A DNA stretch of 64,000 nucleotides, from the NCBI GenBank assembly GCA_965657905.1, contig CBFHPT010000002.1, positions 218,470 to 282,469 of the forward strand. The letters are read 5' to 3'. Below are positions 34,955-43,434 of the stretch, in pieces; within the stretch, counting starts at the first letter, position 1; every line of letters begins with the position of its first letter. The position numbers were made by a program, and so were the translations under genes. Under the pieces are notes generated by a model. That model made no database searches. It saw only the letters and a list, made by a program, of their open reading frames with translations, and was not told the origin of the DNA. This DNA comes from Luminiphilus sp. GTDB lineage: Bacteria > Pseudomonadota > Gammaproteobacteria > Pseudomonadales > Halieaceae.

Positions 34955-36097
34955 ATGTCATACAAAAAAGCAAGCAACGTTCTTTCAGCTGCCCTGGCGG
35001 CGACACTGGCGATGCTAGTGCCGGCGGCTGCGTTCGCGCAGGGCAATCAAGTGAATATGCCCAAGGGCGTCACTGATGTAGGCGCTGAAATCTATGATCT
35101 GCACATGCTGATCATGTGGATCTGCGTAGTCATCGGTGTTCTGGTGTTCGCGGTGATGTTTTACTCAATCATCTACCACCGAAAATCACGTGGCGTCACG
35201 CCGGCTCAGTTTCACGAGAGCACCAAAGTCGAGATTGCATGGACGGTCGTCCCCTTCCTTATATTGATCGGCATGGCGGTTCCGGCGACATCGACGCTGC
35301 TTGAGGTCTACAACACCGACGATGCGGAAATCGACATTTTGATTACCGGTTACCAGTGGAAGTGGAAGTACGAGTACCTTGATGAAGCGGGCGACAACGT
35401 ATCGTTTTTCTCAAACTTGGCAACCTCCCAAGAAGAAATCTACAACACGGCCACCAAAGAGGCCGATTACCTGCTGAATGTGGATGAGCCGCTGGTCCTT
35501 CCGGTCGATACTAAGGTTCGCTTCCTCATGACCGCTAACGACGTCATTCACTCATGGTGGGTGCCTGAGCTTGCTGTGAAGAAAGATGCTGTTCCGGGCT
35601 TTATTAATGAAGCGTGGACCAAAGTGCCCACCGAGGGAATTTACCGGGGTCAGTGCACAGAGCTGTGCGGCTCTTATCATGGTTTTATGCCGATCGAAGT
35701 CCACGTCGTGAGCCGTGAAGAGTACGACGCATGGATGTCGGCTAAGCGCGCTGATAAGGCTGCTCAAACCGCAATGCTGTCTCAGGAACTTAGCCTTGAT
35801 GATCTGATGGCTAAAGGCGAAACGGTCTATAACGGACAGTGCATGGCTTGCCACGGCGCCAACGGTGAAGGCGGTGTTGGTAAAGCAATTGCAGGCAGCG
35901 CAGTTGCTGTCGGCGACATCAACAAGCATCTGGAAGTAGGCATCAAAGGCGTTGCGGGTACGGCAATGCAGGCTTTTGGTGGTCAGCTGAGCGACGTCGA
36001 TATGGCGGCGGTCATTACATATCAACGCAACGCGTTTGGTAACAACACTGGGGATGTGGTTCAGCCCTCGGATGTTGTTAGCTACAAGCAAGGTTAA
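34955..36097 (+). CDS. coxB: cytochrome c oxidase subunit II with a C-terminal cytochrome c domain
   Basis: ORF 34922..36097. The likely start is the ATG at 34955, 5 nt after GAGAGG. It has the CuA site HSWWVPELAVKKDAVPG...CTELCGSYHGFM and a C-terminal heme c site CMACHG. Confidence 0.94.
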   Translation: MSYKKASNVLSAALAATLAMLVPAAAFAQGNQVNMPKGVTDVGAEIYDLHMLIMWICVVIGVLVFAVMFYSIIYHRKSRGVTPAQFHESTKVEIAWTVVPFLILIGMAVPATSTLLEVYNTDDAEIDILITGYQWKWKYEYLDEAGDNVSFFSNLATSQEEIYNTATKEADYLLNVDEPLVLPVDTKVRFLMTANDVIHSWWVPELAVKKDAVPGFINEAWTKVPTEGIYRGQCTELCGSYHGFMPIEVHVVSREEYDAWMSAKRADKAAQTAMLSQELSLDDLMAKGETVYNGQCMACHGANGEGGVGKAIAGSAVAVGDINKHLEVGIKGVAGTAMQAFGGQLSDVDMAAVITYQRNAFGNNTGDVVQPSDVVSYKQG

Positions 36098-36112
36098 TTG
36101 GGAGATATAACG

Positions 36113-37693
36113 ATGGGCGATCATCACCACGGTCCAGCCAAGGGCATTTCCCGTTGGCTGTTTACAACCAACCACAAAGATATCGGAACCATGTACCTAT
36201 GGTTCTCATTTGCTATGTTCCTATTGGGCGGCACCTTCGCCATGATTATTCGTGCTGAGTTGTTTCAGCCCGGTATGCAACTGGTCGAGCCGGGTTTCTT
36301 CAACCAGATGACGACTTTGCATGGCTTGGTCATGGTGTTCGGCGCGATCATGCCGTCATTCGTTGGTTTGGCCAACTGGATGATCCCGATGATGATCGGT
36401 GCGCCAGACATGGCGCTGCCGCGCATGAACAACTGGAGTTTCTGGATCCTGCCTCCAGGGTTTTTGATGCTGGCATCAACACTGTTCATGGAGGGCGGAG
36501 CACCAGCCTTCGGTTGGACATTCTACGCGCCGCTGTCCACCACTTACGCTGCGCCGTCGGTCACCTTCTTCATCTTTGCCATCCACATTTTGGGTGTGTC
36601 ATCGATCATGGGCTCGATCAACATCATCGCCACGGTGATGAATATGCGTGCACCGGGCATGACCTACATGAAGATGCCGCTGTTCGTATGGACCTGGTTA
36701 ATCACTGCGTTCTTGCTCGTTGCTGTTATGCCAGTACTTGCGGGTGCGGTGACGATGATGTTGATGGACATTCACTTTGGCACCAGCTTCTTCTCTGCAG
36801 CAGGCGGTGGTGATCCGGTCCTGTTCCAGCACGTCTTCTGGTTCTTCGGACACCCCGAGGTATACATCATCATCCTGCCCGCTTTTGGCGTGGTCTCTCA
36901 GATCATTCCAGCGTTTTCTCGCAAGCCGCTATTTGGCTACGCGTCTATGGTTTACGCGACTGCGGCGATTGCCTTCCTATCATTCATCGTTTGGGCGCAC
37001 CACATGTACACCGTGGGTATGCCTGTCGCCGGTGAACTGTTCTTCATGTATGCCACTATGCTGATCGCTGTGCCTACCGGCGTGAAAGTGTTCAACTGGA
37101 TCAGCACCATGTGGCGCGGCGCTTTGAGTTTTGAAACCCCAATGCTGTTTTCGATCGGGTTCTTGGTGCTCTTTACCATCGGCGGCTTTACGGGTCTGAT
37201 GCTGTCCATCGCACCTGCAGACTTCCAGTACCACGATACCTATTTTGTGGTTGCTCACTTCCACTACGTCATGGTTGCGGGAGCGGTGTTCTCGATGACT
37301 GCCGGCGTGTACTACTGGCTGCCCAAGTGGACCGGCCGTATGTACAACGAGAATATGGGCAAGATCCACTTCTGGGTATCGTTTATCGGCTTTAATATCA
37401 CGTTCTTCCCGCAGCACTTTGTGGGTCTAGCGGGCATGCCTCGCCGGATTCCCGACTACGCGCTGCAGTTTGCCGATTTCAACATGATGTCCTCAATTGG
37501 CGCATTCATTTACGGTGCATCTCAGATTCTGTTCCTTTACAACGTCATTGCGACCATTGTCTCTGGCAAGAAAACCAGCGATGAGAAGGTTTGGGACGGT
37601 GCTGAAGGCCTTGAGTGGACTGTTGCTACTCCTGCGCCATATCACACCTTTGAAGTGCCGCCGAAGCTTGATCCGGCCCACGCACATTCGTGA
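36113..37693 (+). CDS. coxA: cytochrome c oxidase subunit I
   Basis: ORF 36098..37693, with an ATG at 36113. It shows the classical heme-copper oxidase subunit I sequence (WLFTTNHKDIGTMYL, WFFGHPEVYIIILPAFG, HHMYTVG). Confidence 0.96.
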   Translation: MGDHHHGPAKGISRWLFTTNHKDIGTMYLWFSFAMFLLGGTFAMIIRAELFQPGMQLVEPGFFNQMTTLHGLVMVFGAIMPSFVGLANWMIPMMIGAPDMALPRMNNWSFWILPPGFLMLASTLFMEGGAPAFGWTFYAPLSTTYAAPSVTFFIFAIHILGVSSIMGSINIIATVMNMRAPGMTYMKMPLFVWTWLITAFLLVAVMPVLAGAVTMMLMDIHFGTSFFSAAGGGDPVLFQHVFWFFGHPEVYIIILPAFGVVSQIIPAFSRKPLFGYASMVYATAAIAFLSFIVWAHHMYTVGMPVAGELFFMYATMLIAVPTGVKVFNWISTMWRGALSFETPMLFSIGFLVLFTIGGFTGLMLSIAPADFQYHDTYFVVAHFHYVMVAGAVFSMTAGVYYWLPKWTGRMYNENMGKIHFWVSFIGFNITFFPQHFVGLAGMPRRIPDYALQFADFNMMSSIGAFIYGASQILFLYNVIATIVSGKKTSDEKVWDGAEGLEWTVATPAPYHTFEVPPKLDPAHAHS

Positions 37694-37707
37694 GTGTTAG
37701 CTGAGCA

Positions 37708-38268
37708 ATGTTCCGACTGAGCGCTAATCCCGCCATCGATACCGTCATCAAATTGGTGGCGGTATCTTTGGCCATGTTCGCTTTTGTGTTTGTGGTGATG
37801 GTGCCCCTCTACAACGTTTTATGCGACGTGCTAGGGATCAACGGGAAAACCAGTGGTGAGGCTTACACATCCGTTAGTGCTCAGGTTGATGAAAGCCGCC
37901 AAATTACGGTTCAGTTTGTGGCGAGTAATAACGAAGACATGCCTTGGGGGTTTCGGCCAAGTGTTACTATGATGACGGTGCATCCGGGCGCGGCAAATGA
38001 CACGATATTCTTTGCTGAGAATGTGACACCCAATCCCATGGTGGCTCAGGCGATTCCGAGCATCTCTCCCTCTCGTGCAGCGGAGTACTTCCATAAGACA
38101 GAGTGTTTTTGCTTTAACCAGCAACCGCTCGATGGTAATAGCGATGCTGAAATGCCACTGCAATTTATTGTGGATCAGGATCTGCCGCGGGATATTAAAA
38201 CAATTACGCTGTCATATACGCTGTTTGATGTGACAGACATGGTGGGTGACAAGGTCGCCACACGCTGA
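37708..38268 (+). CDS. ctaG: cytochrome c oxidase assembly protein CtaG/Cox11
   Basis: A 186-aa ORF with an N-terminal TM helix and the Cox11 copper motif CFCF (KTECFCFNQQ). Confidence 0.92.
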   Translation: MFRLSANPAIDTVIKLVAVSLAMFAFVFVVMVPLYNVLCDVLGINGKTSGEAYTSVSAQVDESRQITVQFVASNNEDMPWGFRPSVTMMTVHPGAANDTIFFAENVTPNPMVAQAIPSISPSRAAEYFHKTECFCFNQQPLDGNSDAEMPLQFIVDQDLPRDIKTITLSYTLFDVTDMVGDKVATR

Positions 38269-38313
38269 TTCCGGGGCACTTGGGGGCCCGGAAAACGATA
38301 ACGGAGAAAACAA

Positions 38314-39294
38314 ATGGCTTCCAGTCAGACCGCTCCAGCGGGTTATGAAAAGTACTATGTTCCCGACAGTTCTAGCCTGGCCATCCGGGCAACAATCGGT
38401 CTGGTAACAACGGTTTTCGGGGGTGGTTTGCTCCTGAACGATATGACCTTCGGCGATCCCGACGCGGGCTCTAACGCCAAGTGGATTTTGATGGTCGGTC
38501 TGGTGATTTTTGTCGCCACCCTCGCGAGTTGGTTCCGCACGACAATCCGAGAAAACCTCCAGGGCATGGCAAGCGGCCAGCTCAAGCACAGCTACGTGCT
38601 GGGCATGTTTTGGTTTATATTCTCCGAAGTCATGTTCTTTTTCGCCTTCTTCGGGGTGCTGTTCTACGTACGCACCCTCGCCGGACCCTGGTTAGCCGGC
38701 GAAGGTGAGGGCGGGCGCATGAATGGCATATTGTGGCCCGGCTTTGATTACGCTTGGCCTCCTGTGACCACCCCACAGGAAGCTGTAGGAGGTACAGACG
38801 CGCAGTTGATTGCCAATAATGGCGAGTTCACCACCAGCGAACGCAGCATGGCATTTGCTGATGCGCATCATTGGTATCAATGGTTGCCCATGTGGAACAC
38901 CATCGTTCTCCTGTCCTCAAGCTTCACAGTGCATATCGCCCATACCGCATTGCTGGCTGGAAATCTGAAGAAGTTCAATGTGTGGCTTGGCGTCACCGTT
39001 GCTTTAGGGGTCCTGTTCCTGTTCCTTCAGGCAGCAGAATACTACGAGGCCTACGCGCAGTTCGGCTTGACGCTCAACTCGGGAATTTATGGTTCAACCT
39101 TCTTTATGTTGACGGGCTTCCACGGATTCCACGTTGCCATGGGTATGACCATGCTTGCGATTCAGCTGATTCGATCGGTGAAAAACAAGCACTTTACTGC
39201 CTCTGATCACTTTGGGTTTGAGGCATCGAGCTGGTATTGGCACTTTGTTGATGTCGTATGGGTGTTCTTGTTCCTGTTTGTTTACATCCTTTAA
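38314..39294 (+). CDS. coxC: cytochrome c oxidase subunit III
   Basis: A 326-aa polytopic ORF with a conserved C-terminal half (GSTFFMLTGFHGFHVAMG ... WYWHFVDVVW). Confidence 0.93.
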   Translation: MASSQTAPAGYEKYYVPDSSSLAIRATIGLVTTVFGGGLLLNDMTFGDPDAGSNAKWILMVGLVIFVATLASWFRTTIRENLQGMASGQLKHSYVLGMFWFIFSEVMFFFAFFGVLFYVRTLAGPWLAGEGEGGRMNGILWPGFDYAWPPVTTPQEAVGGTDAQLIANNGEFTTSERSMAFADAHHWYQWLPMWNTIVLLSSSFTVHIAHTALLAGNLKKFNVWLGVTVALGVLFLFLQAAEYYEAYAQFGLTLNSGIYGSTFFMLTGFHGFHVAMGMTMLAIQLIRSVKNKHFTASDHFGFEASSWYWHFVDVVWVFLFLFVYIL

Positions 39295-39313
39295 GTTTTA
39301 ATGAGCTTAAATG

Positions 39314-39339
39314 AGGGGCGCTTCGGCGCCCCTTTTTTT
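39314..39339 (+). terminator. strong rho-independent terminator after coxC
   Basis: AGGGGCGC-TTCG-GCGCCCCT forms an 8-bp GC-rich stem with a tetraloop and is followed by a T6 tail. Counting the final T of the 3' arm, this gives a T7 run. It starts 20 nt after the coxC stop. Confidence 0.9.
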
Positions 39340-39355
39340 GCAGCTCAGACTTTTC

Positions 39356-39420
39356 CCTTATAAGTTGTCCTTATGAGTTGCCCTTGTGAATTGCGTCTAT
39401 CAATTGCCCATATGAATTGC
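39356..39420. repeat. five tandem degenerate 13-bp direct repeats (consensus CCTTATGAATTGC)
   Basis: The five contiguous units are CCTTATAAGTTGT, CCTTATGAGTTGC, CCTTGTGAATTGC, GTCTATCAATTGC and CCATATGAATTGC. They lie between the coxC terminator and the DUF924 gene start. Confidence 0.85.
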
Positions 39421-39465
39421 TCCGATGAAAAAATCGATTAACGCCCCAGCGTCGGTAAACGCCTT

Positions 39466-40020
39466 ATGAAGCCTGTTCTGCCGGCTTACCAAGACGTACT
39501 TGATTTTTGGTTTGAGGAGCTCGAGCAAAAACAATGGTTCGCCAAGGATGCCGCGCTTGATCAGATCATCGCCGACCGTTTCGGTGTGGTGCATGAGCAT
39601 GCAGCCCGTTGCGAGCTTTGGTCCTGGCGCGGCAGTCCGGAGGGTCGTTTGGCGGAGATCTTGGTATTGGACCAGTTCTCGCGGAACATTTATCGCGATC
39701 AGCCCGCGGCGTTTGCCCAAGACGGTTTGGCGCTCGCACTGGCTCAAGAGGCGGTGGCTGCGGGTTGTGACGGCCCGCTAAACGACCAACAGCGACCTTT
39801 TTTGTTGATGCCCTATATGCACTCAGAGTCCCTGTCGGTTCATCTGTCGGCGGCTGCGCTCTTCAATCAGCCGGGGTTGGAAAACAGCTATCGCTTTGAG
39901 CTTCGACACCGTGAAATTATCGAGCGCTTCGGCCGTTACCCTCATCGCAATGACATTTTGGATCGGGCATCGACCCCAGAGGAGCTAGCGTTTCTGATTC
40001 AGCCCGGCTCAAGTTTCTAA
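39466..40020 (+). CDS. DUF924 family protein
   Basis: A 184-aa ORF. The pattern VLDFWF...WFAKD...GELWSW...RLAEILVLDQFSRNIYR...AFAQD matches my recollection of DUF924. Confidence 0.75.
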   Translation: MKPVLPAYQDVLDFWFEELEQKQWFAKDAALDQIIADRFGVVHEHAARCELWSWRGSPEGRLAEILVLDQFSRNIYRDQPAAFAQDGLALALAQEAVAAGCDGPLNDQQRPFLLMPYMHSESLSVHLSAAALFNQPGLENSYRFELRHREIIERFGRYPHRNDILDRASTPEELAFLIQPGSSF

Positions 40021-40030
40021 ATAACGGTGG

Positions 40031-40052
40031 CCGGTCGCGAGTAGACCGGTTT
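40031..40052 (+). terminator. candidate terminator hairpin after the DUF924 gene
   Basis: CCGGTC-gcgagta-GACCGG forms a 6-bp stem and is followed by TTTAT. It starts 11 nt after the stop codon. Confidence 0.45.
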
Positions 40053-40120
40053 ATAGAAAGATTTGATCACTCGCTGATAGGTTACAAACAGGTGGGCTTA
40101 TCAATGAGGGGCGTGCCGCA

Positions 40121-40375
40121 CTAGTTTTCTGGCGGAGATTCCTGCTGAGTTTCGATGGTGCCGGCGTCCCAAGGATTACGGTTTCCAAGCTGGCCTGTGG
40201 CAACACCGTAGATAATGACAATTATCAATCCCGATGCCAGTGCTAGCCGTACTCCAAGGGACGTAACAAGACCGCGCTTCTCAGCATTACCCTGATCGGT
40301 CATCAGGAAGTAGAAACCGCTACCGAGGCTGGCGATTAGAGCCACCATGAAAAAGACAATCAGAATTTTCAGCAA
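40121..40375 (-). CDS. twin-transmembrane-helix small protein (DUF2909 family)
   Basis: An 84-aa ORF with two clear hydrophobic helices. This family commonly accompanies aa3 oxidase and SURF1 clusters, but here it is on the opposite strand. Confidence 0.7.
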   Translation of the reverse strand: MLKILIVFFMVALIASLGSGFYFLMTDQGNAEKRGLVTSLGVRLALASGLIIVIIYGVATGQLGNRNPWDAGTIETQQESPPEN

Positions 40376-40405
40376 AGCCGTTTCCTTGGGAAGCGTGCGC
40401 GAGGG

Positions 40406-41203
40406 ATGATGAGAGAGTTTAACGCGAAGTTGGGCCGACTGGAGTTAACGCTTGAATGGCGTTTGACACTCTTTACTGTCCTATTGCTGCCATTTCTGGT
40501 GACACTGGGGTTTTGGCAGCTCGATCGAGCGGGAGAAAAGCGCATTCTTGCTGAGCGCCATTTAGCGCGGCAAGCATTGCCGGCGCTGGATTTCGAGGCG
40601 CTGGAAGCGGCCTTGGGCGGTCAGGGCGCTACCAAGAGCTCTCTGGCTGACCGCCAAATCACGTTTAAGGGCTCTTTTACTAAGGACCATTATATATTGC
40701 TCGATAATCGTCTCCGGGAGGGCCGGTTTGGCTACGAGTTGATTGCCTTGGTCGATGCGGGCAGCAAACGTTTGCCGGTCAATCTTGGCTGGGTTCAAGG
40801 GGACCCTGCGCGTCGCTCATTACCCGAGATAACCTTGCCGACCACCCCTCAATTGATATCGGGCCGTGTGTACCTTCCCTTGGGAAGCGCCTATCTTCTT
40901 GCGGATCAAGCACCTCTCGAGGCGTTGCCAGCGGTGATTCAGGCATTTGAGGGTTCCGAGATGGCCCAGTCATTATCCAAGATACTTCAGCAAGAGGTAT
41001 TACCGCTCCAAGTGCGAATCGACCAAGAACACCCATTGGCGAAGCGCGCAGATTGGCCTGTTGTTAATCAAAGCCCCGAGAAGCACACCGGTTATGCGGT
41101 GCAATGGTTTACCATGGCTACCGTGTTGTTCATCGCATTTGTTTTGCGATCGTCAAATATCCTATCCCTGATCCGCAAGCGCCCCTCGCCGGGGCAAGAC
41201 TGA
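40406..41203 (+). CDS. SURF1-family cytochrome oxidase biogenesis protein
   Basis: A 265-aa ORF with two terminal TM helices and the SURF1 N-terminal motif LLPFLVTLGFWQLDRAGEK. Confidence 0.88.
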   Translation: MMREFNAKLGRLELTLEWRLTLFTVLLLPFLVTLGFWQLDRAGEKRILAERHLARQALPALDFEALEAALGGQGATKSSLADRQITFKGSFTKDHYILLDNRLREGRFGYELIALVDAGSKRLPVNLGWVQGDPARRSLPEITLPTTPQLISGRVYLPLGSAYLLADQAPLEALPAVIQAFEGSEMAQSLSKILQQEVLPLQVRIDQEHPLAKRADWPVVNQSPEKHTGYAVQWFTMATVLFIAFVLRSSNILSLIRKRPSPGQD

Positions 41204-41212
41204 GAGGAATCC

Positions 41213-41890
41213 ATGTCGCCGAGCGCAAAAACCGACGGCCAAAACCGAATGACCCTGCTGCTGATCGCGGGTATTCCCCTCACGATGGTTTTGGCAGCTT
41301 CCTGGCTTTGGTATTTCGTGATTGAAGGGAATCTCGATTTGGTGGGTGCCCTGGGCACCTCTAATAACGGCACCCTGACGAGTCCCCCGCGCCAGATCAT
41401 CGAGACGCCGTTTCGCGATGATGTGGGTGCTGCCTTCGCGTGGTCGGATCTTGACCCTCGCTGGACAATGGTGGTCGTCAACCCTGGTGCTCTGTGCGAC
41501 GCCGCCTGCGAGCGGCGGTTGTATACCACCCGCCAAATTCACATAGCGCTCGGAAAAGAATTTAATCGCCTGCGTCGGGTATATATCACGGATGTGCCGA
41601 TCAAAGATGCCCAGCTGTTGGTTCCCGATGAGAAGCCTTTGGGCTGGCCAGCGGGACTTTCGGGGAACGCACTGAGTGCCTACATTGCTCAGGCACACCA
41701 AGGCTTGGTGGCGCTAGAAGCGGGTCCTTCCGACGTGTCGACGCTTTTTCCTGAGTTGAGCGACGCTCCCGCACAATGGTATCTCGTTGATCCGGCGGGG
41801 TGGGTCATGATGCGCTTCTCTGATGATTTGGAGTACAAAGCGGTCATTTCCGACCTAAAGTTCCTGCTGAAGAATTCGGGAGGGAACTGA
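41213..41890 (+). CDS. membrane-anchored hypothetical protein, SCO1/thioredoxin-fold-like with a CxxxC motif
   Basis: A 225-aa ORF with an N-terminal TM helix. RWTMVVVNPGALCDAACERRL parallels HWTLIFFGFTHCPDICPTTL of the adjacent SCO1, and WYLVDPAGWVMMRF parallels VVLVNPRGDYHGFF. This rests on pattern similarity only. Confidence 0.6.
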   Translation: MSPSAKTDGQNRMTLLLIAGIPLTMVLAASWLWYFVIEGNLDLVGALGTSNNGTLTSPPRQIIETPFRDDVGAAFAWSDLDPRWTMVVVNPGALCDAACERRLYTTRQIHIALGKEFNRLRRVYITDVPIKDAQLLVPDEKPLGWPAGLSGNALSAYIAQAHQGLVALEAGPSDVSTLFPELSDAPAQWYLVDPAGWVMMRFSDDLEYKAVISDLKFLLKNSGGN

Positions 41891-42783
41891 TGACAATGGC
41901 TACCGCAGAGAGCGGCACGTGGCAGGATTATCTCGAGCTGACTAAACCGCGGGTTGTCGCCCTCATGATCCTGACCGCCATTATCGGGATGTGTATGGCG
42001 GTGCCGGGTTTTGTGCCCTGGCAACCCCTGGTGCTCGGAAATCTCGGCATTGCGCTATGCGCCGGATCGGCGGCGGCGATTAATCATGTGATTGACGAGC
42101 GCATTGATCAGCAAATGAGCCGTACAAAAAGTCGGCCCGTTGCGACCGGTAAGGTCTCTCAATCTCAAGCGATCATTTTTGCCGCTATGTTGGCACTCGC
42201 AGGCATTGTGGTGCTGGTTCTGTGGGTAAATACCCTGACGGCGGTGCTAACAGTCGCCAGCCTTATTGGCTATGCGTTTATCTATACCATGTTTCTTAAG
42301 CGCGCTACGCCGCAAAATATTGTCATTGGTGGCCTAGCGGGCGCCGCGCCGCCACTGCTCGGCTGGGTGGCGGTAACGGGCGAGGTTCACGGCCACGCCT
42401 TGCTACTGGTGTTGATAATCTTCGCTTGGACGCCACCGCACTTTTGGGCCCTCGCCATTCATCGTCGAGAGGAATATGCAGCGGTAGGCATTCCAATGCT
42501 GCCGGTGACCCACGGCGTGAAGTTCACCGCACTGCATATCTTGCTTTACACCATCATCATGTTTTTGATCACGCTCATGCCTTTTGCAACGGGGCTAAGC
42601 AACTGGCTATACCTTGCAGCTGCCGTGGGGTTGGGGCTGGTATTTTTGTATTGGTCTATAGAAATTATCCGCGGTAAAAATGACAAGGCGCCAATGGAAA
42701 CCTTCAAATATTCGATCACCTATCTGCTCGTGCTTTTTGTCGTAATGTTGCTTGATCATTGGTTGATTGGAGGTGTGTTTTGA
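41890..42783 (+). CDS. ctaB: protoheme IX farnesyltransferase (heme O synthase)
   Basis: A 297-aa polytopic UbiA-family ORF (YLELTKPRVVALMILTA ... NHVIDERIDQQMSRTKSRP). Confidence 0.93.
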   Translation: MTMATAESGTWQDYLELTKPRVVALMILTAIIGMCMAVPGFVPWQPLVLGNLGIALCAGSAAAINHVIDERIDQQMSRTKSRPVATGKVSQSQAIIFAAMLALAGIVVLVLWVNTLTAVLTVASLIGYAFIYTMFLKRATPQNIVIGGLAGAAPPLLGWVAVTGEVHGHALLLVLIIFAWTPPHFWALAIHRREEYAAVGIPMLPVTHGVKFTALHILLYTIIMFLITLMPFATGLSNWLYLAAAVGLGLVFLYWSIEIIRGKNDKAPMETFKYSITYLLVLFVVMLLDHWLIGGVF

Positions 42784-43430
42784 GCACGCAGAACAAACGC
42801 GGCATCTGGCTGACCGTCGGTTTCATCGTGGCGTTCATGGCAATTGTTGTGGGCAGCTTTATCAACCGTGTCCAGCAGCCTCGGATCATGGCGGAAACCG
42901 AGATGCAGGCAAACGGGTTGTTTTTGTTTGAAACGCCGCGGGATCCCGGCAGTTTTGCGTTGGTTAGCCATCGCGATGAATCGTTTACCGAAAAGGACCT
43001 CGAGGGGCACTGGACGTTGATATTTTTCGGCTTTACGCACTGCCCCGATATTTGTCCAACGACCCTATCGTTTCTTGCTGAACTACATGGACAATTAGAG
43101 GGCACCGAAGCCGCAGACACCAAAGTCGTTATGGTGACGGTGGATCCGGCTCGTGACACCCCCGAAACGCTGGCGAGCTACGTTCCCTATTTCCATCCGG
43201 AATTTACCGGGGTAACCGGCGAGTTTCTGGACATCATGAAATTTGCGCGCACGTTTAACGCTCCCTTTAGAAAGGTCACCGCCGAAGATGGCAGTTACCA
43301 AGTGGATCACAGCGCTAACGTGGTGCTGGTTAATCCGCGCGGTGACTACCACGGCTTTTTTAGGGCGCCACTGGATTTGGCCAAGGTCAAGGTAACCTAT
43401 CGCTCCGCTCGCTATCTCTGGGATCATTAA
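42780..43430 (+). CDS. senC: SCO1/SenC copper chaperone
   Basis: ORF 42759..43430. The likely start is the TTG at 42780, 7 nt after GGAGG, and it overlaps the ctaB stop codon (TTGA). It has the CxxxC copper site FTHCPDICP and the conserved DHS histidine. Confidence 0.9.
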   Translation: MSTQNKRGIWLTVGFIVAFMAIVVGSFINRVQQPRIMAETEMQANGLFLFETPRDPGSFALVSHRDESFTEKDLEGHWTLIFFGFTHCPDICPTTLSFLAELHGQLEGTEAADTKVVMVTVDPARDTPETLASYVPYFHPEFTGVTGEFLDIMKFARTFNAPFRKVTAEDGSYQVDHSANVVLVNPRGDYHGFFRAPLDLAKVKVTYRSARYLWDH

Positions 43431-43434
43431 TGTC

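Noticed and set aside
35552-36175. 207-aa ORF antisense to coxB/coxA
   Set aside because: It is a shadow ORF opposite highly conserved oxidase subunits, with no family features.
39356-39420. CRISPR-like array (also considered for 53347..53426)
   Set aside because: The repeats are contiguous with no spacers, only 13 or 20 bp long, degenerate, and without cas genes. They are simple tandem repeats, not CRISPR.
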